A stretch of 57,643 bases of DNA from a virus (Duplodnaviria; Caudoviricetes), in IMG/VR virus record IMGVR_UViG_3300031942_000005, positions 1 to 57,643 of that record. One strand, 5' to 3'. This document shows positions 24,693 to 33,113 of this stretch, piece by piece. Made by a program: the position numbers and the translations under genes. Position 1 is the stretch's first letter. Each line of letters opens with the position of its first letter. The notes below the pieces were generated by a model. That model worked only from the letters and a program-made list of their open reading frames with translations, was not told the origin of the DNA and did not search any database.

Positions 24693-25458
24693 GGATTTCC
24701 TCCTGTGTGTGTTTGGACCCGGGGCGGGGGCCCGACTCAAAATGCGCCCCCCCAGGGGCACAGGACCATGAACCTGTGCCCGAGAGGCGGCACACGCCGA
24801 AACGTGCTCCGCATAGGAGAACCGGAGTGCCCAACCCCGGAACTTCGTGGCTCCTCGATTCCCTCACGGACTGCGACCCGGCTCGCCACCGGGACCCGTG
24901 AGGGGCTCTACCAACCACTGGGACAGGGGGCCTCTGCACGAACCCGCACCTTGCGGGAACCCGAGCCTCTGAGCGGGGTGATTTACTCCCCGCAAACCGG
25001 CGCCTCCACTCGACGCAACCCGGCCCCTGGCAAGAACGCTGGCACTCCCTGCGATTCCGCAGCCGGGGGTGACCCCCGACGCCTCCTCCGTGGCGCCCAG
25101 CGCTGGACAGCCCTGCCGATTTCTCCCCCGGCGCCTCAGTGACGCTCGACCGGGTGGGGCGCTCAAAACCTCGGCTGGCCTCCAAATGCTCCAGCTCGCC
25201 CCAGCAGAACCTCCTGCCTCCGCCCCGCCTCAATGTGGAGGCGGGTGCCCCCCGAGAGGGGCACCCCCGAGGCTAGCCCCCTAGCCCCCCAACCGCAAGC
25301 CGCCGGGCCGAGATGGAGGGTGTTTACGGAGGGGGGCTCCGCTTATAAAACGCTGTGACCAGGGGATATGCGGAAAAGAAGTTGCACTGGGAGTGACGGC
25401 TCTGCCGACTCGGTCCGTGCACGACACCCCAGTTGTAGGGTCCGCCAGCGATGCCCAG

Positions 25459-25689
25459 CTGTGGCACAGTTGCGAAATGGAGTCGCCCACCCTGCGCATC
25501 CGGCTCGACGGCGATTTGCTGGCCTGGCTCGATGAGGAGGGGAAGAAACGGGATCTGACCAGGTCCGAGTTCGTGCGATTCGTGCTGGAACGAGCTCGAG
25601 CCGGTCAGGCCGGCCCTCAGCGACCTGTGGCACAGTCTGTGGCACAACAGCGTCCAGCTGTGGCACAGCAACCCCGACCTGTGGCACAG
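25459..25689. repeat. Five palindromic CTGTGGCACA(G/A) sites
   Basis: At 25459, 25625, 25637, 25658, 25679. Confidence 0.9.
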
Positions 25690-25806
25690 CGCCCCAAACA
25701 GCGTTCGTCGGTATACCCATTTGAACCCGCGGATTGCCCACACAAGCACGTCCGCACGGATGGAACCTGCGCCCAGTGCGGCATCCAGCGGCGCCCCGGC
25801 CGCTGA
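25477..25806 (+). CDS. ribbon-helix-helix (CopG-like) regulator with C-terminal Cys/His motif
   Basis: TLRIRLDGDLLAWLDEEGKKRDLTRSEFVR; CPH...CAQC. Confidence 0.8.
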   Translation: MESPTLRIRLDGDLLAWLDEEGKKRDLTRSEFVRFVLERARAGQAGPQRPVAQSVAQQRPAVAQQPRPVAQRPKQRSSVYPFEPADCPHKHVRTDGTCAQCGIQRRPGR

Positions 25807-26426
25807 CACCCCATCCCATGAGCCCTGCTCATGCGTGCCTAGGCTGCCAGGAGCGCCCCCCAGAGCGCCCCCAGAGCGCCCCAGTGCCCCCGCGGGTAGG
25901 TAGGGCGCCCGGCGGCCATTGCGGCCCTCACAAGGCCGTGTAGCGCCAGCGCCAGCCCGTCGGCATCGCCAGCCGCCAGCCCCCGCCAGCCCGCCGGCCA
26001 TCGCCAGCCCGTCCGCATTCGCCAGCCTGGCGGCCTGTCGGCAGAACAGCCCTGTTCAGAGAACCGCCTGTTCGCCAGATCGGCGGTTCGGCCCGGCCGC
26101 CCCCCCGGCGGCTCCGCCGGGCCGGCCAGCCCGACGGCCTGTCGGCAACGCGCCCAGGGCATAGGTGCCCAGGAGCGCCTGAGAGCGCCCCAGGGCGCCC
26201 CCCACGGGGCGCTCCCGCGCCCCCGCGCCAATTGCCCTGTACCCCCTGGCAGGGGCGCTACGGGGCGCCTAGGCGGGGCGCGCAGGAAGCCTGCGTACCC
26301 TCGCAAGAATTCACCTAATTGCCGCCCCGCTTTGCTATGCGGGGGGTAAGGGTACTAGCCTGGTGCCAGGCGCCACCAAGGGCGCCACGGAGAGCACCCC
26401 CACGGGGGGTGCTGAGGAGGTGCTCA

Positions 26427-26894
26427 GTGAGCACTAGCAAGGGCAGTAGCAAGGGCAGTAAGTGGGAGCGCACGTATAAGGGCGCACTGGGAGCGGTGCC
26501 TGCCGAGCGGGCCTACTGGGTGTGCACTGGCACCCCCGCCCCGGAGGGCTACCCCGGAGCGCACGCACCAGGGGCGCGCCTGCCACGCACCAAATTCCCC
26601 ACTACGGGGCGCAAGGGGGAGCAGGCCGCGGCCGCGCGGCGCACGGGTGAGTGCCGGAGTTGCCGTAATTACCGGCTAGGGCGTAGTGCTACAGGCGCCA
26701 CGCAGGCCGAGCAGGCGCGGCGCCTGGCGCGTGAGGTGCGGGCCGAGCGCATGGCCGAGGGCGCACGCAAGGCGGCCGCCACCCGCGCCGTACGCAAGGC
26801 GCAGCGGGAGCAGGAGCAGGCGGCGGCTGCGCTCCTGGCACCCCCCGCTCCCGCGGCCGAGGGGGGCGCCCCGGCCGAGCAGGAGAGCGCCTAG
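26427..26894 (+). CDS. basic Zn-finger protein without Asp or Ile; candidate first-expressed gene
   Basis: GAGGAGG RBS; C..G...FPTT...RTGECRSCRN motif shared with 22036..22932. Confidence 0.7.
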   Translation: MSTSKGSSKGSKWERTYKGALGAVPAERAYWVCTGTPAPEGYPGAHAPGARLPRTKFPTTGRKGEQAAAARRTGECRSCRNYRLGRSATGATQAEQARRLAREVRAERMAEGARKAAATRAVRKAQREQEQAAAALLAPPAPAAEGGAPAEQESA

Positions 26895-26944
26895 GCGCCA
26901 CGGGGAGCACGGGGGGCGCGCCAGCATGGGCGCCCCCCAGCCCC

Positions 26945-27000
26945 AGCCCTGGCAGCCCCGGCTCATTCTGGGGCTCCCATTTTCTTTTTTTTCCAGGGCT
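26945..27000 (+). terminator. putative intrinsic terminator / T-tract hairpin
   Basis: AGCCCCGG-loop-CTGGGGCT stem followed by TTTTCTTTTTTTT. Confidence 0.55.
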
Positions 27001-27369
27001 GCGTGACAGCTGTCACCCCGCCCCGAAATTTTTCGAGAAGGCCCGCCACTGATATAGCTCGGCCGCCCGATTCTTTTTCGAGATGTGCCGCCACCTCCGC
27101 GGGCCTCCCCCCACACCCCCCTCTCTGCGACTCTCAGGAGAGCTGGGGGGCTGAGGCTCTGTGACAAGTGGGTGAGAGACTGCGGCGGCCGGCGCCTCGG
27201 TGCAGCGCTACTGACTCTCCGCCGGGGTGACCGGCTCGTAGGGCGTGGCGGAGCCGGGTGCAGAGGCCGGCTCCGACACGACGGGCTGGTGTGAGGGGGA
27301 ATTGACACCGGCCGCGCCTGGCCCCAGCGTAGGGTGGCGCGGTGCGCGGCAGCATGACTGTGACCACCG

Positions 27370-27507
27370 GTGCGGTGCTGGCTGCTGCATGACTGGGGGG
27401 CTTGGGAGACCAGGCACTGCGGGGCGCACATGGGGCGCCTGGTGGCAATTCAGGTGAGGCTCTGCGCGAGGTGCGGCAAGCTGCACACGAGGCGCAGGGA
27501 GAGGTAG
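27370..27507 (+). CDS. small Cys/His protein
   Basis: VRCWLLHDW...CARCGK; stops 2 nt before terS; translated by hand. Confidence 0.45.
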   Translation: MRCWLLHDWGAWETRHCGAHMGRLVAIQVRLCARCGKLHTRRRER

Positions 27508-27509
27508 GG

Positions 27510-28121
27510 GTGAGCGAGGGACAGCAGCAGCTCGAGGGACGGCTCGATTCGCCGCAGGGCTCGGTGGCGTGGCAGGAGGCCAACTCCGCGCTGCAAGATG
27601 AGGCGTATGAGCTGTATACCCAGGGCCTCACGGTGCGCGAGGTGGCGGATCGCCAGGGGTGCTCTGTAGAGACCGCCCATAGGCGAATTAAGTACGGCGA
27701 GCAGGCCCAGCCCCCGCAGTCTCCCGACACCCTCAAGCAGGGGCAAATTCGCTCTCTGATGCGCCAGAAGCGAATTGTGCTGGGGGTAATTGCCCACCCG
27801 GCGCACAAGGTGGACCACGGGAGGGTCGTGATGGACCCGCTCACCTCACAGCCCATGGTGGACCAGGAGATGATCCTCAAGGCCTCCGCGGAGCTGCGGA
27901 GAATTGAGGAGGCGGTGATGCGCTTGGCCGGTACGCGCGCCCCAGTCGTCCACGAGGTCCACGAGATCACCGAGGAGGCCATAGATGCCGAGTACCAGCG
28001 CCTCATCACCTCCCTCCCCCGCCTCCCCGCCCTCGCTCTCCCAAGAGGAGGTGGCGAGCCGGTGGGCGGAACTCTCCAGGGAGGAGAAGCTCGAGTACCT
28101 CCAGGCGCTCAAGCGGGCTGA
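27510..28121 (+). CDS. terS: terminase small subunit (HTH)
   Basis: GLTVREVADRQGCSVETAHRRI HTH; immediately upstream of terL. Confidence 0.75.
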   Translation: MSEGQQQLEGRLDSPQGSVAWQEANSALQDEAYELYTQGLTVREVADRQGCSVETAHRRIKYGEQAQPPQSPDTLKQGQIRSLMRQKRIVLGVIAHPAHKVDHGRVVMDPLTSQPMVDQEMILKASAELRRIEEAVMRLAGTRAPVVHEVHEITEEAIDAEYQRLITSLPRLPALALPRGGGEPVGGTLQGGEARVPPGAQAG

Positions 28122-29661
28122 GGGGGCCGAGCGCGCCCGGCGCTGGGCCACCTACGTCTCAGGGTGGTACTGCTACGAACTCACCTGTGGTGGCGAGCCG
28201 CACGAGGGCTGGCACTGGTGCGAGCACCCGCTCGATTCGCTCGATCACACCTCGGCGTGCCGCCACTGCCGCTCCGAGCAGAGGCCGCCGGAATTCGAGT
28301 GGCTGATCTGGCTCTTTCAGGCCGGGAGAGGGGCTGGCAAGACCCGCTCTTTTGCCGAGTGGATCATAGATCGCGCCCGTAAGGGCCTCGCCAAGAGAAT
28401 TGCCCTGGTAGGGAGAGTCCCGAGCGATGTCCGCGACGTCATGGTGGAGGGCGAGAGCGGCATCATGGCGTGCTCCCCCCGCGATTTCATGCCGGAGTAC
28501 AAGCCCTCTATACGGCGGCTGATATGGCCGAATGGGGCGGTGGCAATTACGTACTCCTCGGAGAACCCCTCTGAGCTGCGGGGGCCGCAGCACGATACGG
28601 CGTGGTGCGATGAGCTGGCGGCGTGGCGCGATGCGCGCAAGGGGGACGTAATTGATACGACCTGGAACAACCTCATGCTGGGGCTACGGCTTGGGAGCGA
28701 TCCCAAATGTGGTGTTTCCACCACCCCCAAGCCCGTCAAGCTCATAAAGCAGCTCGTGGAGGCACCCGGCACCGCCGTCACGGGGGCCACCACCTACGAC
28801 AACGTGAAGAATCTCGCACCGCCCTTCGCCGCCCAAATTCTCAAAACGTACGAGGGCACAAGAATCGGCCGCCAAGAGGTAATGGGCGAGCTCCTCACTG
28901 ATGTGGAGGGTGCGCTGGTTCATATTTCCATGATCGACGACACCAGGGCCTCCCGGCCCCCCGAGGGAGGCTTCAAGCGCGTAGCGATCGGCGTCGATCC
29001 AGCCACTACCTCCGGTGAGCAGAGCGATGAGACGGGGATCGTGGCCGTGGGGGCGGGCTATGACGAGCAGGGGTATGTGCTGGGGGACTACTCGGTGAAG
29101 GCCGGGCCCAGTGCCTGGGCCAAGCAGGTAGTGAAGGCGTACCGGCTCTATGGGGCTGATGTGGTGGTGGTGGAGGGCAACCAGGGGGGGGATGCCTGGG
29201 CGCAGATAATTCACTCCATAGACCCCGCGGTACGGGTCGTCAAGGTGACGGTCCGGCACGGCAAGCGCCTACGGGCTGAGCCCGCCGCCGCGCTCTACGA
29301 GCAGGGGAGGATGCACCACATGGGCACCTTCCCCGCCCTCGAATCTGAGTGGACCGAGTGGGTGCCTGATGCTGAGGACAGCCCGGACCGTATGGATGCA
29401 CAGGTGCACGCGCTGGCCGAGCTGGGGTTGTTGCGCTTCGGCCAGGGCTACGCCTTTTCCGAGTACTGGAAGCGGGTGGGCAAGGATGCGCCGCGGCCGG
29501 TGGGGGGCGGGCCTCCTCCGCCGCTCGCCCTACCCCCCGCTGTACGCTGCGCCCCTGGTGAGTGTTTCTACGGCCCCGCGGAAATCGGCACCGGCGCCCG
29601 CCGCTGCACCCGCTGTGGGCTCCCCCCGGAGCGGGTGAGTGCCACCCAGAGCGCCTCCTAA
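27985..29661 (+). CDS. terL: terminase large subunit
   Basis: Walker A AGRGAGKT; LRGPQHDTAWCDE Walker B; IGVDPA, DETG and SPDRMDA nuclease motifs. Confidence 0.96.
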   Translation: MPSTSASSPPSPASPPSLSQEEVASRWAELSREEKLEYLQALKRAEGAERARRWATYVSGWYCYELTCGGEPHEGWHWCEHPLDSLDHTSACRHCRSEQRPPEFEWLIWLFQAGRGAGKTRSFAEWIIDRARKGLAKRIALVGRVPSDVRDVMVEGESGIMACSPRDFMPEYKPSIRRLIWPNGAVAITYSSENPSELRGPQHDTAWCDELAAWRDARKGDVIDTTWNNLMLGLRLGSDPKCGVSTTPKPVKLIKQLVEAPGTAVTGATTYDNVKNLAPPFAAQILKTYEGTRIGRQEVMGELLTDVEGALVHISMIDDTRASRPPEGGFKRVAIGVDPATTSGEQSDETGIVAVGAGYDEQGYVLGDYSVKAGPSAWAKQVVKAYRLYGADVVVVEGNQGGDAWAQIIHSIDPAVRVVKVTVRHGKRLRAEPAAALYEQGRMHHMGTFPALESEWTEWVPDAEDSPDRMDAQVHALAELGLLRFGQGYAFSEYWKRVGKDAPRPVGGGPPPPLALPPAVRCAPGECFYGPAEIGTGARRCTRCGLPPERVSATQSAS

Positions 29662-31807
29662 GGGCCAGACGGCCAAGGAGCGGCGGGTAGCCGCCACCAA
29701 GGCGTCCTATGCCCGCCTGAGCGGCCCCCGCCTCGCCAGGCTGGCGGAGGATACGCCGAGCGGGGATGCCGGGGCGCTCGTGGCCGTGCTGACCAAAGCG
29801 GTAAACGGAACGGTGCCTCCGGGTGCCGGTGGGGGCTCCGCAGGCGCAATAGACGTTGCAAGCGTGGTGCGCAATGCCAGCGTGGCGATTGCCCCCAGCC
29901 TGGGGATAACTCCCGAGAACATCCGCGACGCCATGCTCGAACAGGGCATGGACTACACCGAGCCCTTCGCCCCGGGTAGGCCCCTGAACCCGTACTTCGG
30001 GTACAACCGCCCGCCGCGGGCGTGGAACTACCAGGTGGGGCGGAACATCTCGACCCGCCCGCGCCAGTACCGGGTGCCCTTTGACACCCTCACCAACCTG
30101 ATCCAGAGCTATGACGTGGCCCAGGTGTGCATCCGCCACGTCATCGACGACCTGCGCTCCATGCCCCTGCTGTTCAGCGCCCAGGAGGGCGTGGACGACG
30201 ACGTGACCGCCGATATCGACACCGCCCGCAAATTCTGGCGGCGCCCCGATGGCGAGCAGAGCTGGCACGAGTGGTTCGGGAGCTGGGCCCAGGACATTTT
30301 CCGCTACGACGGCGGGTGCCTCTACAAGCGGCGCGACCTCACCAACAAGGTGATCGGGCTCGACATCGTCGACACCCGCACCATCTCCCCGCTCATCGAC
30401 TACATGGGGCGGCGCCCCGATCCCCCCGCCCCGGCCTTCTTGCAATTCGTCCAGGGGCTGCCCTGGGACTGGATCGAGCGCGAGGACTTTATCTACACCC
30501 GTATGAACCCGCTCCCCGAGGACGTCTACGGGCTGGCCCCCATAGAGGCGGTGCTGCTGACGGCCAACAACGACCTGCGCTACCAGTGGTACTGGCTCCA
30601 GTACTTCACCGACGGCACGGTGCCCGAGGGCTTTATGCAGGCGCCCCCCGAGGAGTCCAACCCCGACGACCTCGCCAAGTGGCAGGAGACGTGGGAGAAC
30701 TTCCTCTTGGGCGACCAGGCCCAGAAGGTCAAGCTCCGCTGGGTCCCCGCCGGCTCCAAGTACGAGGCCGCCAAGTCCCCGGCCTTCGACCGCAACTTCC
30801 CGATCTGGCTCATGCGCCACACCGTGGCCGCCTTCGGGCTCACCCCCCAGGACATGGGCTGGACCGACGATGTGAACCGCTCGACGGGCGAGACGCAGAT
30901 GGACGTGCAGTTCCGCATCGGGTCGATGCCCAAGACCATCGGGATCGAAGCCGTGCTCAACGCGGTGACCCAGGAGGACCTCGGGCTGCGCGTGAAGGTC
31001 AAATTCGACACCGGGCGCGAGAAGCAGGACCGGCTCGAAGAAGCCAATGCCATGCGGGTGTACATCGAGAGCGGCGTGGTGAGCCCCGACGAGGTGCGCC
31101 AGGCCGTCTTCGGCCACAAGATCGAGGCCGATTCCCCGATCCCGCGCTTCGTCATGAGCCAGCGCCTCGGCCCGATCCCGCTCTCCTACGTGCTGAGCGT
31201 GGGGGGCGAGGTGGACGACCAGACCTACGCGCCCGAGCCCGGCACCATCGTCCCCAGCCAATTCGTCCTGCCGGGCAACCAGGCGCCCGACCCCATGGCG
31301 ACCGACGAGGAGCAGCGGCTCCAGGCCATAGCCCAGCACTCCGCGCAGTTCCCCTCCGAGGCCCTGGCGCTCCCGCCCGAACTGAAAACCACCACCTTCG
31401 AGCGCGAGATGGCCCAGATCACGGCCGAGGCCGGGAAGAACCCCGAGCTCGAGACCGAGATGGAAGAATCGCTCCCGGTCGGAGAGGGTGGTGGGCCGAC
31501 ACCGCCGCCCTCTACGGCCCCACCCGGTGCCCCGCCCAAGAAGCCCCCGCCCGCTCAGGCCGTGGGCCAGGGAGCGGCCTCGCCGGTCCGCCCGGCCGTC
31601 GCCAAGGAGGCCTACGACTTCGACGCCATAGGCAACGCGGTGCGCCAGTGGCGCCGCGCCGCGCGCGACCAGGTGCGGCGGGGGCGCAAGCCCCGGCTGT
31701 TCGTGCACGACGACATACCGGGCGAGGTGAGCGACCTCATATGGGGGCGCCTGGAGGGGGCCGTGACCAAGGACCAGGTGGATGCCGCCTTCCCAGGCCG
31801 CCCATGA
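29639..31807 (+). CDS. portal protein
   Basis: YGLAPIE...YFTDGTVPEG...AAFGLTP; follows terL. Confidence 0.9.
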   Translation: MPPRAPPKGQTAKERRVAATKASYARLSGPRLARLAEDTPSGDAGALVAVLTKAVNGTVPPGAGGGSAGAIDVASVVRNASVAIAPSLGITPENIRDAMLEQGMDYTEPFAPGRPLNPYFGYNRPPRAWNYQVGRNISTRPRQYRVPFDTLTNLIQSYDVAQVCIRHVIDDLRSMPLLFSAQEGVDDDVTADIDTARKFWRRPDGEQSWHEWFGSWAQDIFRYDGGCLYKRRDLTNKVIGLDIVDTRTISPLIDYMGRRPDPPAPAFLQFVQGLPWDWIEREDFIYTRMNPLPEDVYGLAPIEAVLLTANNDLRYQWYWLQYFTDGTVPEGFMQAPPEESNPDDLAKWQETWENFLLGDQAQKVKLRWVPAGSKYEAAKSPAFDRNFPIWLMRHTVAAFGLTPQDMGWTDDVNRSTGETQMDVQFRIGSMPKTIGIEAVLNAVTQEDLGLRVKVKFDTGREKQDRLEEANAMRVYIESGVVSPDEVRQAVFGHKIEADSPIPRFVMSQRLGPIPLSYVLSVGGEVDDQTYAPEPGTIVPSQFVLPGNQAPDPMATDEEQRLQAIAQHSAQFPSEALALPPELKTTTFEREMAQITAEAGKNPELETEMEESLPVGEGGGPTPPPSTAPPGAPPKKPPPAQAVGQGAASPVRPAVAKEAYDFDAIGNAVRQWRRAARDQVRRGRKPRLFVHDDIPGEVSDLIWGRLEGAVTKDQVDAAFPGRP

Positions 31808-32531
31808 GCGCCAGAACATCGCCATAGCCGCCTTCTACGCCCCCAAGATCCACCGCGCCCTGCGCCGCCTCTACTCGCGCTCGGCCTACCTGACCGACCT
31901 CATCGCGCGCCAGGAGGATGACCCCGAGGTGGCCGAGGCGCGCATGAGGGGGCTGCTGACCCCCGACCCCGCCGCGCTGGCGAAGCTCACGCTGACCTTG
32001 CAGGAGCTCTACGTGGACGCCTATGCCGGGGGGCTCACCCACCAGGCGCGCCACGAGGGGTTCACGATCGCCGACGCGCTGTTGGGTACCGTGAAAACGT
32101 GGGACCCCTGGCGCCCATTGGACCCGAGCGACGCCCGCGTGATGGGGGGAGCCTCCCTGGACTCCCTCCTTCTTTCAGCCGCCGGCCTCGCCCGTGACCT
32201 CGCGCAGACGCTCGCTACACGGATCGCCGAGTCCGTGGCCCGGGCGGTGCGCGACCGCCCGGCGTACGCGGTGGGGGCGCGGGTTCGACAGCTCCTCTCC
32301 TCCGCCGCCCAAGCCGAGCTGGTGGCGACGACCGAGGCCGCACGGGCTCAGTCAGCCGCCGCCGCCGACGCCCTTGGTATGTCGGGGGTCCCATTCTTCG
32401 ACTGGCTCACCGATGCCGACCCGTGCGCGGCCTGCGCCGAGCAGGCCGACGCCAATCCGCACCTGCGTGGCGCCCTCGTTCCACCCCTGCACCCCAACTG
32501 CCGCTGTAGCATCCGCCCAACTGCACTGTGA
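31782..32531 (+). CDS. MuF-like minor head protein
   Basis: TTEAARA...WLTDADPCAAC...PPLHPNCRC. Confidence 0.85.
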   Translation: MPPSQAAHERQNIAIAAFYAPKIHRALRRLYSRSAYLTDLIARQEDDPEVAEARMRGLLTPDPAALAKLTLTLQELYVDAYAGGLTHQARHEGFTIADALLGTVKTWDPWRPLDPSDARVMGGASLDSLLLSAAGLARDLAQTLATRIAESVARAVRDRPAYAVGARVRQLLSSAAQAELVATTEAARAQSAAAADALGMSGVPFFDWLTDADPCAACAEQADANPHLRGALVPPLHPNCRCSIRPTAL

Positions 32532-32541
32532 GGAGCGTGCC

Positions 32542-32847
32542 ATGAGCACCGCTGCCATCCCCGCCGCTCAAGGCCCCATCACCTCCCTGGTCGGCCGCAG
32601 CGGCTTCTACCGCGGTTACGCCGCCTACGCCGCCGGGGCCGGTGTGGTCCGCCTGTGGTCGGGCCCCTCGGCCGGGGTGGGGACCATGCTCGACGCCCTG
32701 AGCTTCACCGCCGCGGGCACCGCCGAGTCGACTCTGGGCGGCGGCCAGCCCTGCCGCGGGCGCCAGTACCAGAACGGCATCTTCGTCGAGCTCGTCTCGG
32801 GCACCATGCCGACGGGGGCCATCGACTTCGACGGGCCCCACTCGTGA
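32542..32847 (+). CDS. hypothetical virion protein
   Basis: GAGGAG RBS; beta-rich. Confidence 0.65.
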   Translation: MSTAAIPAAQGPITSLVGRSGFYRGYAAYAAGAGVVRLWSGPSAGVGTMLDALSFTAAGTAESTLGGGQPCRGRQYQNGIFVELVSGTMPTGAIDFDGPHS

Positions 32848-33113
32848 ACCGCACCCAGCGGCGCCAACTCGAGCGCTCTGTGGGGCACCGGGGCTCCAAG
32901 GCCAAGCGCAGGGGACGCCCCCGGCCCGAGCGCGCGCCGGAGGGCCTCCCGCCCATCTTGGCCCCCGAGCTGCCCCCCGCTGTACAGGACCACATGGCGC
33001 GCCACGCCGCGCGCACCGCGGGCCTGCTCGTCCCTCCCTCCCCCCAAGAGCGCGAGGCGCTCGTCCGAAAGGGCCACACCGTGCCGAGTGAGTCAGGCCT
33101 GATCCTGCCGTGA
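32844..33113 (+). CDS. basic hypothetical protein
   Basis: NRTQRR start; coupled on both sides. Confidence 0.55.
   Translation: MNRTQRRQLERSVGHRGSKAKRRGRPRPERAPEGLPPILAPELPPAVQDHMARHAARTAGLLVPPSPQEREALVRKGHTVPSESGLILP

Larger units (their letters stand above)
13617..24712 (-). promoter_or_regulatory. Family of about 18 start-associated motifs (CA-rich tract, AGGAG, A-rich spacer, usually CCATG), most preceded by hairpins
   Basis: ATGs at 13619, 15044, 16049, 16514, 17048, 17406, 18751, 19656, 20164, 20687, 21366, 21951, 22932, 23052, 23295, 23912, 24244, 24692. Confidence 0.88.

Noticed and set aside
25134-25144. CCTCAGTGACG match to the cassette repeat
   Set aside because: Only 11 bp with no SD or start codon; may be chance
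27302-27335. TTGACA...TAGGGT promoter upstream of terS
   Set aside because: The 22-nt spacer is too long for a sigma70-type promoter
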